DNA from: Guillardia theta CCMP2712
Lineage: Eukaryota > Protista > Cryptophyta
Length of the DNA: 64,000 nucleotides
Assembly (NCBI RefSeq): GCF_000315625.1
Contig: NW_005434635.1
Span: 531,617 to 595,616, forward strand
Reading direction: 5' to 3'
Shown here: positions 24,405 through 38,183 of the stretch, piece after piece
How the letters are laid out: each line of letters opens with the position of its first letter
How positions within the stretch are numbered: position 1 is the stretch's first letter
Program-made: the position numbers and the translations under genes
Notes under the pieces: model-generated
Databases searched by the model: none
What the model was told of the DNA's origin: nothing
Seen by the model: the letters and a program-made list of their open reading frames with translations, nothing else

Positions 24405-27157
24405 ATGAAGATCACGATCTTCTCCATGAAGACATGTCCCCACTGTGCTCGCGCAAAGCAAGCGCTGCAGGAAAGCTTTCCGCCTGGTCGATCTCCTGGC
24501 TTGACTCGATTGATCTGAAACAGGCACATGGATATGAATACCACGACATCTCACTCTCGGACTACCCGGAGAAGCGTACAGGTACACCGACACAATGGTT
24601 CTATGCCATCCTTCCTTGATCCTCGCCGCAGATATGCTGTCGCTTGCTGACCGACTCACGGTCCCTCAGATATTCGTCAACACAGTGCATGTGATAGCTG
24701 ACTTGAGCATGCAAGAAACTTGACGTACATGGGGCAGATCGGAGGTGCGTCTGAGTTGATCGAGCTGCTTGAGAAAGGCAAATTCGAGAAGATCGTCAAG
24801 GTTGTCTCACTAGCCCAGGGGCCTGCCACTTACACTTATTTTGTCTTGCTACAAGGACGTCGAGCATGAAGAGGACCCCATTGATCCTAGGCAAGACCTT
24901 CAAGTCGGCAACAACCTTGCTTACTTCCATGCAAAAGGTTGCACAGCCCGGACTATCCACCAAAGCCAGAAGAGAAGGTTTTCAATCTCCTGAAGTCTCT
25001 GTGCGCATGAACGACTGATCATGGCGTACAGCCTGCTGAGCTTGAGGAGGAGCTTTTATGCGCAGGCAGCGAGTGCCTCAAGTATGAGGATGTCGTGGTC
25101 GAACTGAGGAAGTGAGTCGTTTGCCGATGTCAATGCCCTTTCTCCCCTTGCTGAACTTGCCATGTAGCGGCCTTCGCATATCCGATCGGACTTATCACGG
25201 ATTTGTACTGATATTCTCAATCACATTGCAGCATCTGATGATTTCGAAGGTGTACAAGAAATGCTTCCTTGGAAGCGAGGCAGTATCTTTCCTGCAAACA
25301 AGGTTTTCGCTCAAATCAAGAGATGAGGCCTTGCAAGTCTGCAATACTTGAGAAACGGGTGTGGTCTCAAATGTGCTTGATAGGTTGGCAACAGCTTTCT
25401 GGACAGCAATGTTTTCCATCACGTGTGCAGAGATCATCCATTGAAAGATGAAGGTTTGTATTATCGGCTTCAGGTCTACCGATTTCAGAGCTCTTTCTCA
25501 ACTGAATTTCAGTTTCAAGGCTGACTGTGCACCTGAAATTCTCAATAATATTCGTGTTTGGAACAATCGTGTTGATGATCCTTTCATAACAATTAGAGAA
25601 TGCAAGAAGAAAGTGAATGATTATGATTTTGTCGCGAATTGGTTGACAATGCTTGTAGTTCTCTGCTCTCCAGTCCAAGTATACCAACTCGGAGGGACTT
25701 ATCGATTATGCAGCTATTTCCAAGGACTCTGAATTCTGGGTATTGGCGATCCAATTCCATAGTGGAAGGTGTAATAGATGAACAGAAATTCGCTGAGTCG
25801 ACATGCGAGTTTCAAAAGTTGGACATCACCTCTATGAATACTTCTCAAAGTATTATTGTTGCATCTTTTATTTCAAATTCTTTCCCTGTGGTGAAGTGAT
25901 TTTCGATGAAGAAAAGGCCTTTTTCATCAATCTCTATAACCTCATGGTGCTCCACGCGTTTGCTCAGGTATTGAACCATAATGGCGTGCAAAATGCGTGA
26001 CTATGCTTTCAAGGTCGGTATACCCCAGACATCGTTTAGGAGAATGTCATTCTTTGATACCGTCGGTAAGCTAACTAATGATGATCACTTCCTTCGATCA
26101 TTCAAGACATGAGGAAGTTTGCAGGTTATTCGATTGGAGGTCATTTCTTCAGTCTCAAGTTCCAATCCCTTTGAAGCTTTGTTAGTATTCTCATCTTAGA
26201 CCTCAGTGACATCGAGAACGGCATTCTTCGCGGCAACAAGAAAGCTCCTTTTCACCTGTGAAGTTAGCTAGATCTATGCACGACGTCCTAATTTGAAGTT
26301 CAGCTCTAAACCATTTGCCAAAAGTGATCCAAGATTCAACTTTGCACTTTCGGTGAGAGTCTAGAGCTCCAAAATTGGAAGAATGTTTGAGACGCGAATC
26401 AAGTCTTGCGAGAAGAGGATCCATTTTGCGCTCAATTGTGGTGCAAAATCTTGTCCACCGATCAAGGTAGTTTGTGCTTGACGTATGAGACTTATTCATT
26501 CTTTTGCTTTAGAACTTTTCAAGTGAATCAGTGGAGGAAGAGCTGAGTAAAATTTTCCGATGTCATGAAGGCATTCTGATACGAAAATGCAGGAGTTGTT
26601 GCCATGGCCTTCCTGGAAATGGAGGAAAATCTGAAAGTAGACAAAGACTCGGTAGTGAAAATCTGATTTGAATTTTGTTTATTTACGAGTCTCATGTCAG
26701 AAAACCGTGTATCTGACCAAGATTCTATCCTGGTAGGGAGATTCCTGCCTTGCGAGTCTTGCTTATGTGTCATCCATAGGTACAGGACTGACTTTGGCAG
26801 CTCGGATAAGGAGGTGTTAAGGTCTATCTTACCATGGGTTCGAGGTGATCATCATTTCGATCCATGAAACTCTCTTTCCCATTAACTATCAAGGGTTTAT
26901 CTGACAGGCTCAACCAAAGAGGATTTGCAGACCCTAATGGATACCACAAATTTCAAGATCAAATACTTCACGTGATGTTGATTTGTCCATGATCATTGTT
27001 GCATGACGTCGTACTCCAGATATGATTGGAATACTAATGCGAGCAACTTCGTCGCGTACAATCCTCAAGAATTGAAGGTTACTTGTGATGTTAGATCGTT
27101 GCATGTCGCTAATGCAAAAGATAACAGGACAAAGTTTCGGAATGCACCATTGCTTGA
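24405..27157 (+). CDS. Glutaredoxin-DEP-DUF547 protein, many short exons, C-terminal CaaX (CTIA)
   Basis: MKITIFSMKTCPHCARAK, TVPQIFVN..IGG (Grx); DRTYH..KCFLGSEAVSFL..FHHV (DEP); EKAFFINLYNLMVLHA, IHFALNCGAKSCPPI, TDFG (DUF547); last exon DKVSECTIA*. Confidence 0.85.
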
Positions 27158-27721
27158 GACAGGGTGAAATTCGCTCGGTCGATTATAGTATGATTCTGGC
27201 AATGAAAGCTTCAAGTGTCATGGCATAAGGGGCACGCTTGCTCTTTGCTTTCTTGACGGGATCACTTCGTGTGTCAACACTGGATCGAAAGATACTTGTA
27301 GGAAGTTTTCCTAACATTTTGTTATAGAGTATATTAATCACTGGGTACTACCGTTCACTTCTCGAGTCAGATCTACCAACCAACCTATCCCTTATTCCCT
27401 CTTTACTGGTGCCCTACCCTTCTTCCCTACCCCCTTCCGCTACCCTCACACAACCCCACCTCTTCCCTTCGTCCTCGTTCCACCACACACCACCCTGCAC
27501 TGCAAACTAGGAGCTGTCACATCCCTGCGCGTTGCCTCCCTCACATCAAGGGCTATCACAACATGGATGCGCTCTAGAAGAGCCTTCTTCTCCTCTCCGT
27601 CTCCTCTATTGCTGCCATCCATCTCACTCCTCTAGCTCTAGCTCCCCCGTCCTATTTCACGACTTAAAATCAAGCACAGCTGTGCCAGGATAGGACCCAA
27701 TCGCTCTTCCGGCCCTTGATC

Positions 27722-29772
27722 ATGGATTTGTTATCGGACTTCTTCCCTATCATGCATAAGGAAAGTGGCTATTTCCTTGCGATAGACAACGTGTCTACAA
27801 GAATTGGAGGGGAAATGCCACTATGTCTTAGTCCGACAACACGATCTTGGAGATCCTTTGAAGCTAAGAGCGAAAAAGGAATCATGTGGAAGTTTGTCGC
27901 AAACAAATTTGTTCCATCCAATTGCGAATCTCTTGTTTTAACCGCAAAGTATATCAAAGATCCGAAAGATACTTTAAGCGTGAGTTCAATGCGCTTGCAA
28001 CACTCGATGTCATTTTCTCTTCAGGTGGGGAAAAAAGTTTGGGATCTGAGTGTCTGTGGCTTTGGGGGCTCAGTTCATGATGATGTGGAGCAGAGATGGA
28101 TCGTCAGGGCTGATGGGACAATCAGAATGTTTGGAAACGACAAGTTGTGCTTAGGCAAAGGAGGTAGTCTGCCAAACGGCAGCACAGGATGCCTCGTCAA
28201 CGTTCTGGAGTACGACAAGGCGCAACATTCAGAGCTCATTTGGATGATTGGATTTTCCAACGATATTTCTGTCTCGATGGAAGATCGATATCTGGGCTGC
28301 CTGCTGGGTTTAACAGTGGGAGATGCGCTTGGCTTCGCGCATGAAGGGTGGACATCGAATGAGATTGAATTAGTGTAATGTTGCTTCCCTTCTGCTTGAT
28401 TGAACGTGACTGATCGTATCTATTGCCACTTGATCAGGTATCCCTCTGGTGTAAGAGATCTTTATGGTCGAAAGAATATCAAGAATGAAGAACATGAGAT
28501 GGAACCTGGCAGTTACACGAATAGGTCTACATTCGCTTTGGCAGTTGCCACAAGTCTCATCGTAATTGATGATGCTCATGCATCAATTTGATGCTCTCTG
28601 AATTCTCTGGACAGGAAATGAGAGATAGTGTACCTGGGCATATCAGTCAAAGATGTGCCGAATTTTATGCGGTTTGCATAGCGCATAAACTTCATATGGA
28701 TTGAAAATCAACCAGGTGAAGGTGATTCAGGGACATGGCCGCCTCTTTGGTACAGACGGGGAAAGTTTGACCCAATACATTCGAGACAGATCTGGACGGT
28801 CTGCGAATATTGTGCTGGCATTCTACGATGACAAGCTTTGAATGCAAAAGATGTCAAGTTGCCGAGAGCGATGAGTTTGACCCTAGAAGAGTGACCACAG
28901 ATGGATCAAGTTCAGTATATCGGTGAGAGACTTATAGAGAAAGAGAAACAAGGACGAAAGTCACTTTGAATTTCAGAGTTCCGTCTGTCGGATTGGCGTG
29001 GAGAAGTCTTTCGGACAGTGAATTGAGGTAATGAATCAAATTTCGATGAGAACTACCATGCTTGATTTAGACTGGACAGGGATAAGGTTCTGAAAAGCGT
29101 GATCTCCTCAGATGGAGACTATGATGTAAGCTTAAAGATCTGATTTCTTGCAGCCTGTTGACCATTCAAAAGGCAGCTTTCATGGTTGCAAAAGCCATTG
29201 CCCTCATAGCAGACGGTCCAGGACCATCCCAGTTCGATATCAGGAAGTTTTTGTCGCAATTGGCTAGAAGCATGCAAAACGTCGTCAAAAAGCCATTTTC
29301 TCGATCAAGAAAGCTTTCTTCGAATGTCCACTCTGGATTTCAAACCGTTGAGGAAGCAGAAAACCGTATCTCGGATGCTCCAACTACCTGGTATGTAGAT
29401 TGCATTTACAAGATACTGCACCTCTTGGATCTGGCGGAGGATATGTCGTACACAGAGCTGAGGGAGAAGGAAGAATCTGCTGGATTAAGACACTCTTCGG
29501 CAATCCCTTTTGCTTGCAGAGCGATCGACACAGTTCCAACGGCTCTGTGGAATTTTGCGATTCGATGGGGAACTCCACGCGAATGCCTGATATGGGCAAC
29601 GCATGCTGGTGGAGACACCACAACATCCGTCAGCATCTTGGGAGCTTTTCTTGGCGCCCTGCATGGACCCTCTTGGATAAGTAAGTCTTGGTTTGAGACG
29701 CTGAACAACGGCATACATGGCAGAGACTACATTATTGAAACTGCGTTGCAGTTGTTCACAGTTTATCATTAG
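27722..29772 (+). CDS. Ricin-B-like lectin domain fused to an ADP-ribosylglycohydrolase (ARH/DraG) domain, multi-exon
   Basis: EQRWIVRADGTIR..LCL (QxW lectin-like); EDRYLGCLLGLTVGDALG; AIDTVPTALW; AGGDTTTSVSILGAFLGALHG. Confidence 0.75.
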
Positions 29773-29849
29773 TTTTTTGTACATGCTTTCACTCAAAAAG
29801 ATACTTAAAAATGAGAGAAATCGATTGTTTGTTTTGGATGGAAAGGAAA

Positions 29850-31103
29850 CGGAAAGGATTAACTTTCATGAAGACAAATTAGCTAACATCGGGAAGAACC
29901 TACATTGCAAAAGAAAGAAAACAAAAAGAATGTACACATCCAGGTCTGCTATTGCTTGCGCGAGAAGCCGAGATACCTGAAAAAGGAAATTAGGAAAAAT
30001 TGAGTTAATACATTGAATTCTAATCAGATTTATATTTCCCTCAGATACATCTTATCATCACAACAATCAGTAGAACGAAAGTTAGATTATTGATTAAGAT
30101 TCTCATCAGAGGGGAAGATGAAGCAGATCGCTTAGAATACAACAAGGATACATACAATACCTGATAAATGAAGATTCACCTATACTGTACAAATATTCCA
30201 ACAAGACAATCTGGATTAAAATCCGGTATCCAGTGTCTCAACTCCTTTTGTACAATTGCACTTGATCCAACCGTCACAGCAAGAATCTCTTGCAAGCAAA
30301 CATTACACGAAACTCGCTGATGAATGATACATGATTGAATAGTCAACGATCTGAGTTGGACAAGGGCCAAGCGGTCAGATTTTTCGAGCGCTTGACGAAG
30401 GGACAAATGATCTTTGCTTGCCGGAATTTTGCTCTCAACCAGCATTACAACTGGACGAAGGATAGGAAAGATGTACTTGTTGTAGTAAGACAAGGGTATC
30501 ACATCCACGCATGTTAAGTCTTTGGGAAAGAAAGCAGCAGGACCTGAGCTGCATGCTTGAAAGACAGACAACTCGCAATGCCCAATTTCAGCGAGGCTTG
30601 GCAATTTGATTTGTGCATCTAAATTGATCGAGAGCTTGCAGTGTGCTATGCATCGGCTGGCATCACTAGTTTGACCACAATTTGGGTGCTTGGATTGCCT
30701 TTCAAAGAGTGCTTTGCAGCGGCTGTCTTCTTCAAAAAAATCGCTCCGCCTTGACGTATAAACATCCACTTCCAAGGCTGGCACAGCACACGGAAAGCTT
30801 GTGTAATCTCGCTGCTTTCTTTTTAACTTGACACTTTTGCACTTGCTATGCAATCAATTTCAGCACAGAAAGTAAAGAAATGTATCTTCGTTACCTTTCT
30901 TTATCTTGCGGCGAGCTTGCAGCGCTACCATGATCCGGGAGGGGAGGCGAGGAAGCGCAATTTCTTGACATGCAAAGAAGAAGTTCAAATAAGAAGGAAG
31001 GGGGCAGTCCAAATGAAGTACTCCTCCCTGATTGTTATTCATCATCGTCTTCTCTCATTGTCTTCTCTCATGATCTTGTCTTTGTCTACCTGCTGACTGC
31101 CAT
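29850..31103 (-). CDS. Hypothetical multi-exon protein
   Basis: 225-aa ORF 30176-30853 with flanking splice signals; no recognisable domain; ends approximate. Confidence 0.35.
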
Positions 31104-32629
31104 CTTTTATTCGCACGTGTCCTTGAGCTTCCTCTGCTAGAATTCAAATAAGCTAAAGATCTCTCAGAAATGAAATAAGCTAAAGAGTTTAGAGACTCAA
31201 GCTGGGTTTGACTTTTTTTTGTTTCTTTTTGGACTTGAAAAATCCCAGTACAACATTATCTTTGCTATATTTTTTTCCATTTTCCATCAGCCCTGGGTCC
31301 ATAAACTATATCATTACCATTCGGCCAGACATAGAGAGTTCATGGCCCTGCAAGCACAAACCACCGAAGTCAACAATATGCATTAGGTAGGGTAATTCAA
31401 ACTTGACGTCAGATATGGAGAAACGTGGGGTAGTCCCAGGGCACAACCAGGGTGGGTGGAGGGTATGACATTAGCAAGGGTAGGGTCCTCATTGTATTTT
31501 AATGACGGATGTTGCTCTGAAGCGAAAAGGAATGACGACTCGTTTGCGTTGAATCGGACAAGGGAGTGAAAAGATGACTCGGATGATAAACAGAACTGCA
31601 GAATATTTTCCGAATTGTGAAATTACATGATATTGCCTGAATTGCTGATACTGAACGTGGCAGGAAGAAAGCAGATTGTAGCACAGCAACGACCTAAATG
31701 AGCATGAAGAAAGATCCTTCATCAGTTTTTGATAGCCTACTGGATCTTGCGTCAAAGTCAACGTTGGTGACTGCAGATCAAAACGGAAAAATCTACTTGG
31801 GAACGTCTGAAAATCACCTTGAAAGCAAAGCACTTGTACACGTGAATGGATATAATACAAGACCAAGGAAGATCCATTCAAAAAGGATACCGGAAAATCA
31901 AACTTCACCTGTTCCTGAAGGTAAAGTTGCTGAATGATCTATGTATGAATATTTTTTTGTAAAATTTTCTTTTTCAAGTTTCTGAGAATGTTCCGAGGAA
32001 TTCGGATCAAGAGGTTTTCTGTCACTTTATGTTGGTATTCTATATACCTGATTAAGCTGTGTAAAAGGGGTATATGAAGAACGGATCCTCTCAAGAGAGA
32101 AAGAACAAAATAGGTATATTGTCTAATTGTTCGTGTCAAAGTTGTGACATGCGGTGGTAGCGGTCAAAACCTCTGGTTGCCAGCCATTTTTCGATTGGGG
32201 TGATGAAAATGACGCCGATCGAAAACCTGGCTCTGCGGTGCTGCTTGTTCCCACTCTACCGGTCTTCGAGGTAGGAAGCACTGATCAATTTGTAACTGAA
32301 AGTAAGGACAAGCCGTCATCTGTTCTTGTCCTCTGACTCGCACGGCTTTTCAGACTTGCAGTCAGACGAGGTCGTCACTCTTTGACATCGATCCAATTTT
32401 CCCGGCATTTCCGGGTGTATTTTTCTAGGTCTGTCAGATTTATGCTGTACTAAATCACGAACAGTAAAGCATGAGATCATATTTGCAACAATTGACATTG
32501 ACATTTGCTAGATACATTTATTTTCATTTGAAATTGAACAATTTTTCACATTCCTCACTATTCATGTCCTCGAAGGCTGCATTGATTTTTTGGGGTTAAA
32601 CAATCACTAATAGAATGGATTTCTCATAT

Positions 32630-34603
32630 TGCTCACCTTTCTTTTTGGCCTCCTCCAACTCGCGAGAGAACATTTCCTAAGTCGTCTATCATCAGGAGCT
32701 TCGAATTAAAACAGAAACATACTTTCACTCGTTGCTCTCCAACTTCTTGGAATGGCATATCGGAACTCTTTTCTTTGCAACTTGAGCTGTCCTTGCTGGC
32801 TTTTGAACTCAATTCCTGATCTTCATCACGATCGTTGATTTTCTCCCTTGCCATCGAATAACTTCACAACTAGTAAGTATCTTGGCTAAAATTGCCAACT
32901 TACTTTCGCTTGCGAGATCCCGCTTGAATTTGCCCATGTCTATCCGAGAGAGGCTGGTAAGGATCACTTCCATTGAACGATAAATCGAACGGCGGATTGC
33001 TTGCCGACCTCAATCCCATATCAGAGATTACGTCAAACTGTAAATTTCAATTTAGTGCTAATGTAAACGGATTTGAACATGTGGACGCGCAAAGAGTCGG
33101 GGAGGCGACAGAAGTTTTCAATTCACCTGAGAAGATTGGTCTGAATCGTTGTCACTATCACTGAGATCATCATAGCGATATGCGAACTGGTCATATATAT
33201 TCCTAGACTGTCGCAAAATCAACGCAGAACTACAATCGATGTCAAACCTTTGGAATGTCTCTCAGTGAGGCTGGAGGCAACGAGTCAAGACACAATGCTT
33301 CCATTAGAAAGTCGCAAACGTTCGTCCTTGTGAAACATCAATCATGATATGAAGAAGTTCTCCTCTGTTGAAGTGTGCAAACCAGTTTCGATCTCTTGCG
33401 AGGTGGAGGGGTGTCGCCCGATTCTAACGAATCGAAAATTACTCCAGTTCTAGAACAATCCACCCGAAACGTCAGACCGGTCCCTCCGATGAAAGACTCG
33501 CATTCACGGAGTGGAGCCACTTCAATACATCCAGCTGATTGAAAGTGAACCTTAATGAATTTCATTCTCTTTCCACAGCAGACCTGCCCATCATCCGCCG
33601 CATAGTGAACAGCCCTTCCCCCAAATGCATCGCAGGTTTCAAGTAGCTATCAGCGGCAAAAAACCTTATCAGCTTCTCTTCTCAAGTCAATTCCAACTTG
33701 TATTCTTACATTTGGGTCAAAGTTGAACAAAATCCTGCAAATTGGAGTAAAACCTGATGAAGCTGCATTGAGAAAACATTAGATTGCTTTGATCATTTCA
33801 AATAAAGAATTCCTGCTATGTGAAAGGCATTCATATCACCAGGCCCTGTTTGGCTTGCATTTGATCCATGGTCTGAACTTATCGTTAAAGGGAAATACTT
33901 TTGAATGCATTGTTCACAATTCGCTGACCTAGCAAGACACGGACGCTCACAGACTTTCCACTCTTTGCTGCGAACTATCAAATAATGTAAATACTTCCTG
34001 CTACACGCAAACGGCTTGCATACCATTAGTGGAGTTATAGGCCTTAGCTTAGTCAATACGTGAGGAAGATGCTCCCGGTAATTTCGTAGGGAGCTAAGTC
34101 ACGTAGTTGGCACGCTCACTGTGTTTCCCCAAATTGACTGACCTTCGTAGTCGTGGAATATCTTCATCTATGGAATGCTGCACCACTTCTCGAAACCTTT
34201 TTCAAAGGTGTGAATCTCATCTTGTTCTCTTCTATAACGCTCACATCTCGTCGGAAGGCGTCGTAGCTAGATCATTTTCATCCTCTTCCTCATCGTTTTC
34301 AACTTGTTGATACATATTCAAGAGGTCATCATCCTCGATTTCATCTGAATTGCATTCCTGTAGCATTTCTTTCCAATGCTCTTCTTTTAATTGATTCATG
34401 GATAATTTTGTTCTTGCCTCTCTTTCACTTTTCTCGTAAAGATTATCCCCCCCCCCGCGCAATTCCAAGCAAAGACCTGAAACCCTTGGGGAAGTATTGG
34501 GGAGAGGAGGCGAGGAGGAGCTCATCAGGAGAGCCGGGGAGTTTGCTTGAGATCGTCCGGCTGCTCGCAACACAAGAAGGAGCAGTAGCAACTTTATCGC
34601 CAT
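32630..34603 (-). CDS. Ankyrin-repeat protein with signal peptide + LRGG leader, multi-exon
   Basis: MAIKLLLLLLVL..LELRGG; internal exons give DMNAFHIA, GGRAVHYAADDG and ATPLHLA (ankyrin motifs); 3' end approximate. Confidence 0.5.
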
Positions 34604-34706
34604 TGCGCCCGGTCAATCCTCCATGGTGGGATACAAGATTCAGGGTGGGTCCACTGTGGGGATTTGGGAGGGTAGGGGTGACATAGCAGGAAGTAGGGTC
34701 CATGCC

Positions 34707-36104
34707 ATGTCGGGCACAAAGCGAGCGACGATTAAGGATCTCATGGCACAAGGCGCGAGGAGAACGGGAGAGGAACGGGGGAGGACGGCAGAGGATGGGC
34801 AAGTGAGGATGGCAGAGACTGCCGGACATGAGCTGGCAGGGAGCGGTGAAGCTCAGGACAAGACAAGGGATGGCAACACAGCAGTCAGGATGGCAAAGGA
34901 GAAGGTTACGATGCTCTGCCCGGAAGAAATTCCTGCCAACACTCGTTATTCGGTACACCGCTGCTGATATTTGAATGCTGAATGAGTCTATACCCAGGTT
35001 GCTTTAAAGCACCTCGCACAATCCGATGGTTTTGCAAGATCTACCATCCCTTGCTCTAATTCTGCCTGCAGACAGTGTGGCTAAGTTATCGTTTCAAGAA
35101 CTTGGCGATGAAGGATGCAGACATTTCTACAAAATTTTATCTGCATCCCAACGGTATTCTTGCAAGCATATACCTAGGGTATTTGTGACATAGTTTCACG
35201 AAGCGTTTGGGAATTTGTGGACATTAGCTGCAACAACATTGGGACGTTCGGTACCAGATGGATTTCTCGAAGGTTCCAAACATTTGGATGGCAGCCGGCT
35301 GAATCATTTTGCAACAGCCTAGCATCGGGAAGCATTCGAAACCTTGACATCAGTGCGAATGCTGTGGGGCTTCCTCTCACAGTGAAGGTGATCTAATTGA
35401 CTTTTCCCACCAGATCGGAGATGAAGGATGTAAGATACTTGCCGAGGCTTTGGTAGGAAACAGAACATTGCGCAATCTTGATCTTCACGGTACCCTGCCG
35501 TTTGATTGAGTGGCGGCTGCGAGTGTGACATGACAATTGAAAAGCCTGTAACATTAGGAGCCCGGGTGCTATTAGCCTTGCTCAAGGTGAGATATTCGTC
35601 TCACTGCAAAGTCCTTAATTGACAATGTCGCCACATTGCAGCACTTTTTCAGAATGAAATGCTTCAATACTTGAATCTTCGGTATGATGACCTACTTCAA
35701 AGAAAGACGAGCAAAGATGATTCCTTTTTGAAGAGCGAACTATGTCTGCGATGAAGGGGCATCTGTGTTAGCCAGACTTGTCAGAGCGAATACTTCGTTA
35801 CGGTGATTCATAATTCGTGTTTGTACAGAGATGCAGATGTTTCTGATTTATCAGTGTGCAGAGTTGTTGTATGGGCTGGCAATGACATTACACGAAAGGG
35901 CCAAGTGATTTGAATTTTGATGCAACGACATGAATTGTAACCAATGAATAGGCCGAGCTAGAAGAAGCACGAGCGTCCAACGGAAGGTGAATGTTACAGA
36001 GTCTCTCCGCTTGCGGTGTAACACTCAATCACAGAATATCCTTTGAACCATCACACCCTCAAAGCGACAAGACCTTGGAGGATGTAGGGTGCAGGGTTTG
36101 TTGA
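34707..36104 (+). CDS. RNI-like leucine-rich-repeat protein, multi-exon
   Basis: LGDEGC, IRNLDISANAVG, IGDEGCKILAEALVGNRTLRNLDL, GAISLAQALFQNEMLQYLNL, VCDEGASVLARLVRANTSL; ends GCRVC*. Confidence 0.75.
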
Positions 36105-36112
36105 ACTCGCAA

Positions 36113-37936
36113 CTACCAGCCTCTGCACGGCTTGTAGATATCAATCACCTGTCCCAACAGCAATAAGAGAACCTTCTATAAACCGTCTACAAGTGGCACA
36201 GGCTCACCATGTCGTTCTCTACAATGTAATAAAGCGGATGGCACGCAGCTGTGAGACCTGTTTGATTCGTGAGGCGCGTTGAGGGGAAAGAAATTTTACA
36301 GGAATGGTTGGGAACAATCTTGAGCAAAGAACCTCTTGGGTAATCATCCATGTTGTAAGGTGCTCGCTTCCCTGTGGAAGTCTTCTTGGTCTGGGTTTAA
36401 ACATAAATCAGCCGCTTCTCGAAGATTATCGGCTTGTACCATGACTTTCCCGCATTCCTGCGATAAGCTTTGAAGGACAAGATCGCAGCCTTCAACAAAT
36501 CCGAAGTGATCGTCTTGCGGAGCCAGATCTTTCGACATGGCGAGAGATCTATAAAATATCTATTTTCAATCCCATGTGTTAAGACAAAAGTAATTTACCC
36601 CGCGTCACAAAGCATGTGACCCGAACTTTCGTAATGCCCGATAACGCGTGTCAAGACTCGAACCTTCCAACCAGACCTCAGCTTGCAATGAATAGAAAGT
36701 TAAGAGGAGCACCGCAACGTCTGCCTCCTTGCAAGCTCCGGCTTGCACCTGTTGGCGATCAAAGAACACCTTAGCAAAAAGTCAAAAATCCTGCTGGAAA
36801 GCATCGAATTTAACACATAGTTTCCGGGATGGATTTCTGTGACACCAGGGAATTGATTTGAACTTCCACAAGAAGGGGTGCTACCTTCATGAAGAGCATT
36901 TTCAGCACGCACATAACTTAAAAGAGCTGCTATACCAATAGAAACTATTTGGCAATCGAGGCCTTTCTCAATCAAGAAATCAGCAAAAGACCTCGCCATC
37001 TTGCATTCTTCTAAACAAATGTTCTGTGCCTCTGCTCTGTACACAAGGTTACTTTTTGAGTAAACCAAGATTCATCGCACGTGTCTTGAGCCTGATAGCC
37101 ATGACCAGAGTGACTGTAGATACCTCGAAAAGTTATGTTTTTCTCTCCTGATATCTTTTGCGCGAGCTCCTATGAAAAGTCAGCGATTCTAGACTGAATG
37201 AAAAGGTCACGCACCAAACCAGTTGCCCTGTTCAACCTGATGTCAACCCCAGCTCTATGATATCCGGTGTCGATCTTCAAGAAGCATCCAAAATGCGCAT
37301 TTTCTTGATCCTCTATAAAGTTTTTGAGCTCATCAACCTGAACCTCAGAGTCTACGATTAAAGAGATCTTGCATCCAGTACTTTGGGAAATCTAAGAGCT
37401 TGAATTCAAAAGGCAGACTAAACGAACAAAACTAGCCTGGTACAATGGAAAGAGCTTGATGGAGGTGATCTGAGGCAAAATGTCAATCATGTTACAACTC
37501 ACCGGCATGCAAAAGACCGGAATTCCGTAGGTGATATCACTAAACCCGTTGGAAGCAAAGAAACTGACTTCTGCCAATGTTGAGCAAACGATTCCATTTG
37601 ACAAATCTCCATCAACTTGCAGTTTTGCGATTTCCATTGTCTTATGAGTTTTTACATTTGGCCGAAGCTTTACACTTCAATTGAAAAGTGTCAGGAATGG
37701 TCGAGCTCAACGTTATATGAAGATATCTTGGTATACTTACTTGCCTGCTTTGGCTTTAGCAATCATGTTTTCACAATTTCTCTTGACGACATCAATGTCG
37801 ACAATGAAAGCAGGTGTGACGAGATCTGACAGCTTGCAAGGTAATTTTGTTCTCATCGCATTCCAAGTCAAGTATGGTTCCATATCTGCAAATTAGAATC
37901 AATGTGCTTCGGCGATCTTGGTCTGATGCTAGCATA
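36113..37936 (-). CDS. PLP-dependent D-serine dehydratase / D-threonine aldolase-like (fold type III), multi-exon
   Basis: TPAFIVD, LRPNVKTHK (PLP Lys), CSTLAE, KIDTGYHRAG, YSHSGHGY, TEIHPGNY, DAG..MSKD, SQECG, PNHSC (Zn ligands), KPCRGW*; start approximate. Confidence 0.85.
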
Positions 37937-38054
37937 GAGGTGGAAGCCACATTATTGCTGCCTCCTGCTTTCCTGGCTCCTGGCAACTCTCGTGCTCGTG
38001 CTCGTGCTCGTGCTTCTGAACATGCTGCTCAGTGCTGCAGATGCACCTCGTACA

Positions 38055-38129
38055 TCTCCTGTTCCTGTTCCTGTTCCTGCTCCTGTTCCTGTTCCTGTTC
38101 CTGTTCCTGTCCCTGCTCCTGCTCCTGTC

Positions 38130-38182
<53 letters not shown>
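38055..38182. repeat. (CCTGTT)n/(CCTGCT)n hexamer repeat
   Basis: Directly visible. Confidence 0.95.
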
Positions 38183-38183
<1 letters not shown>

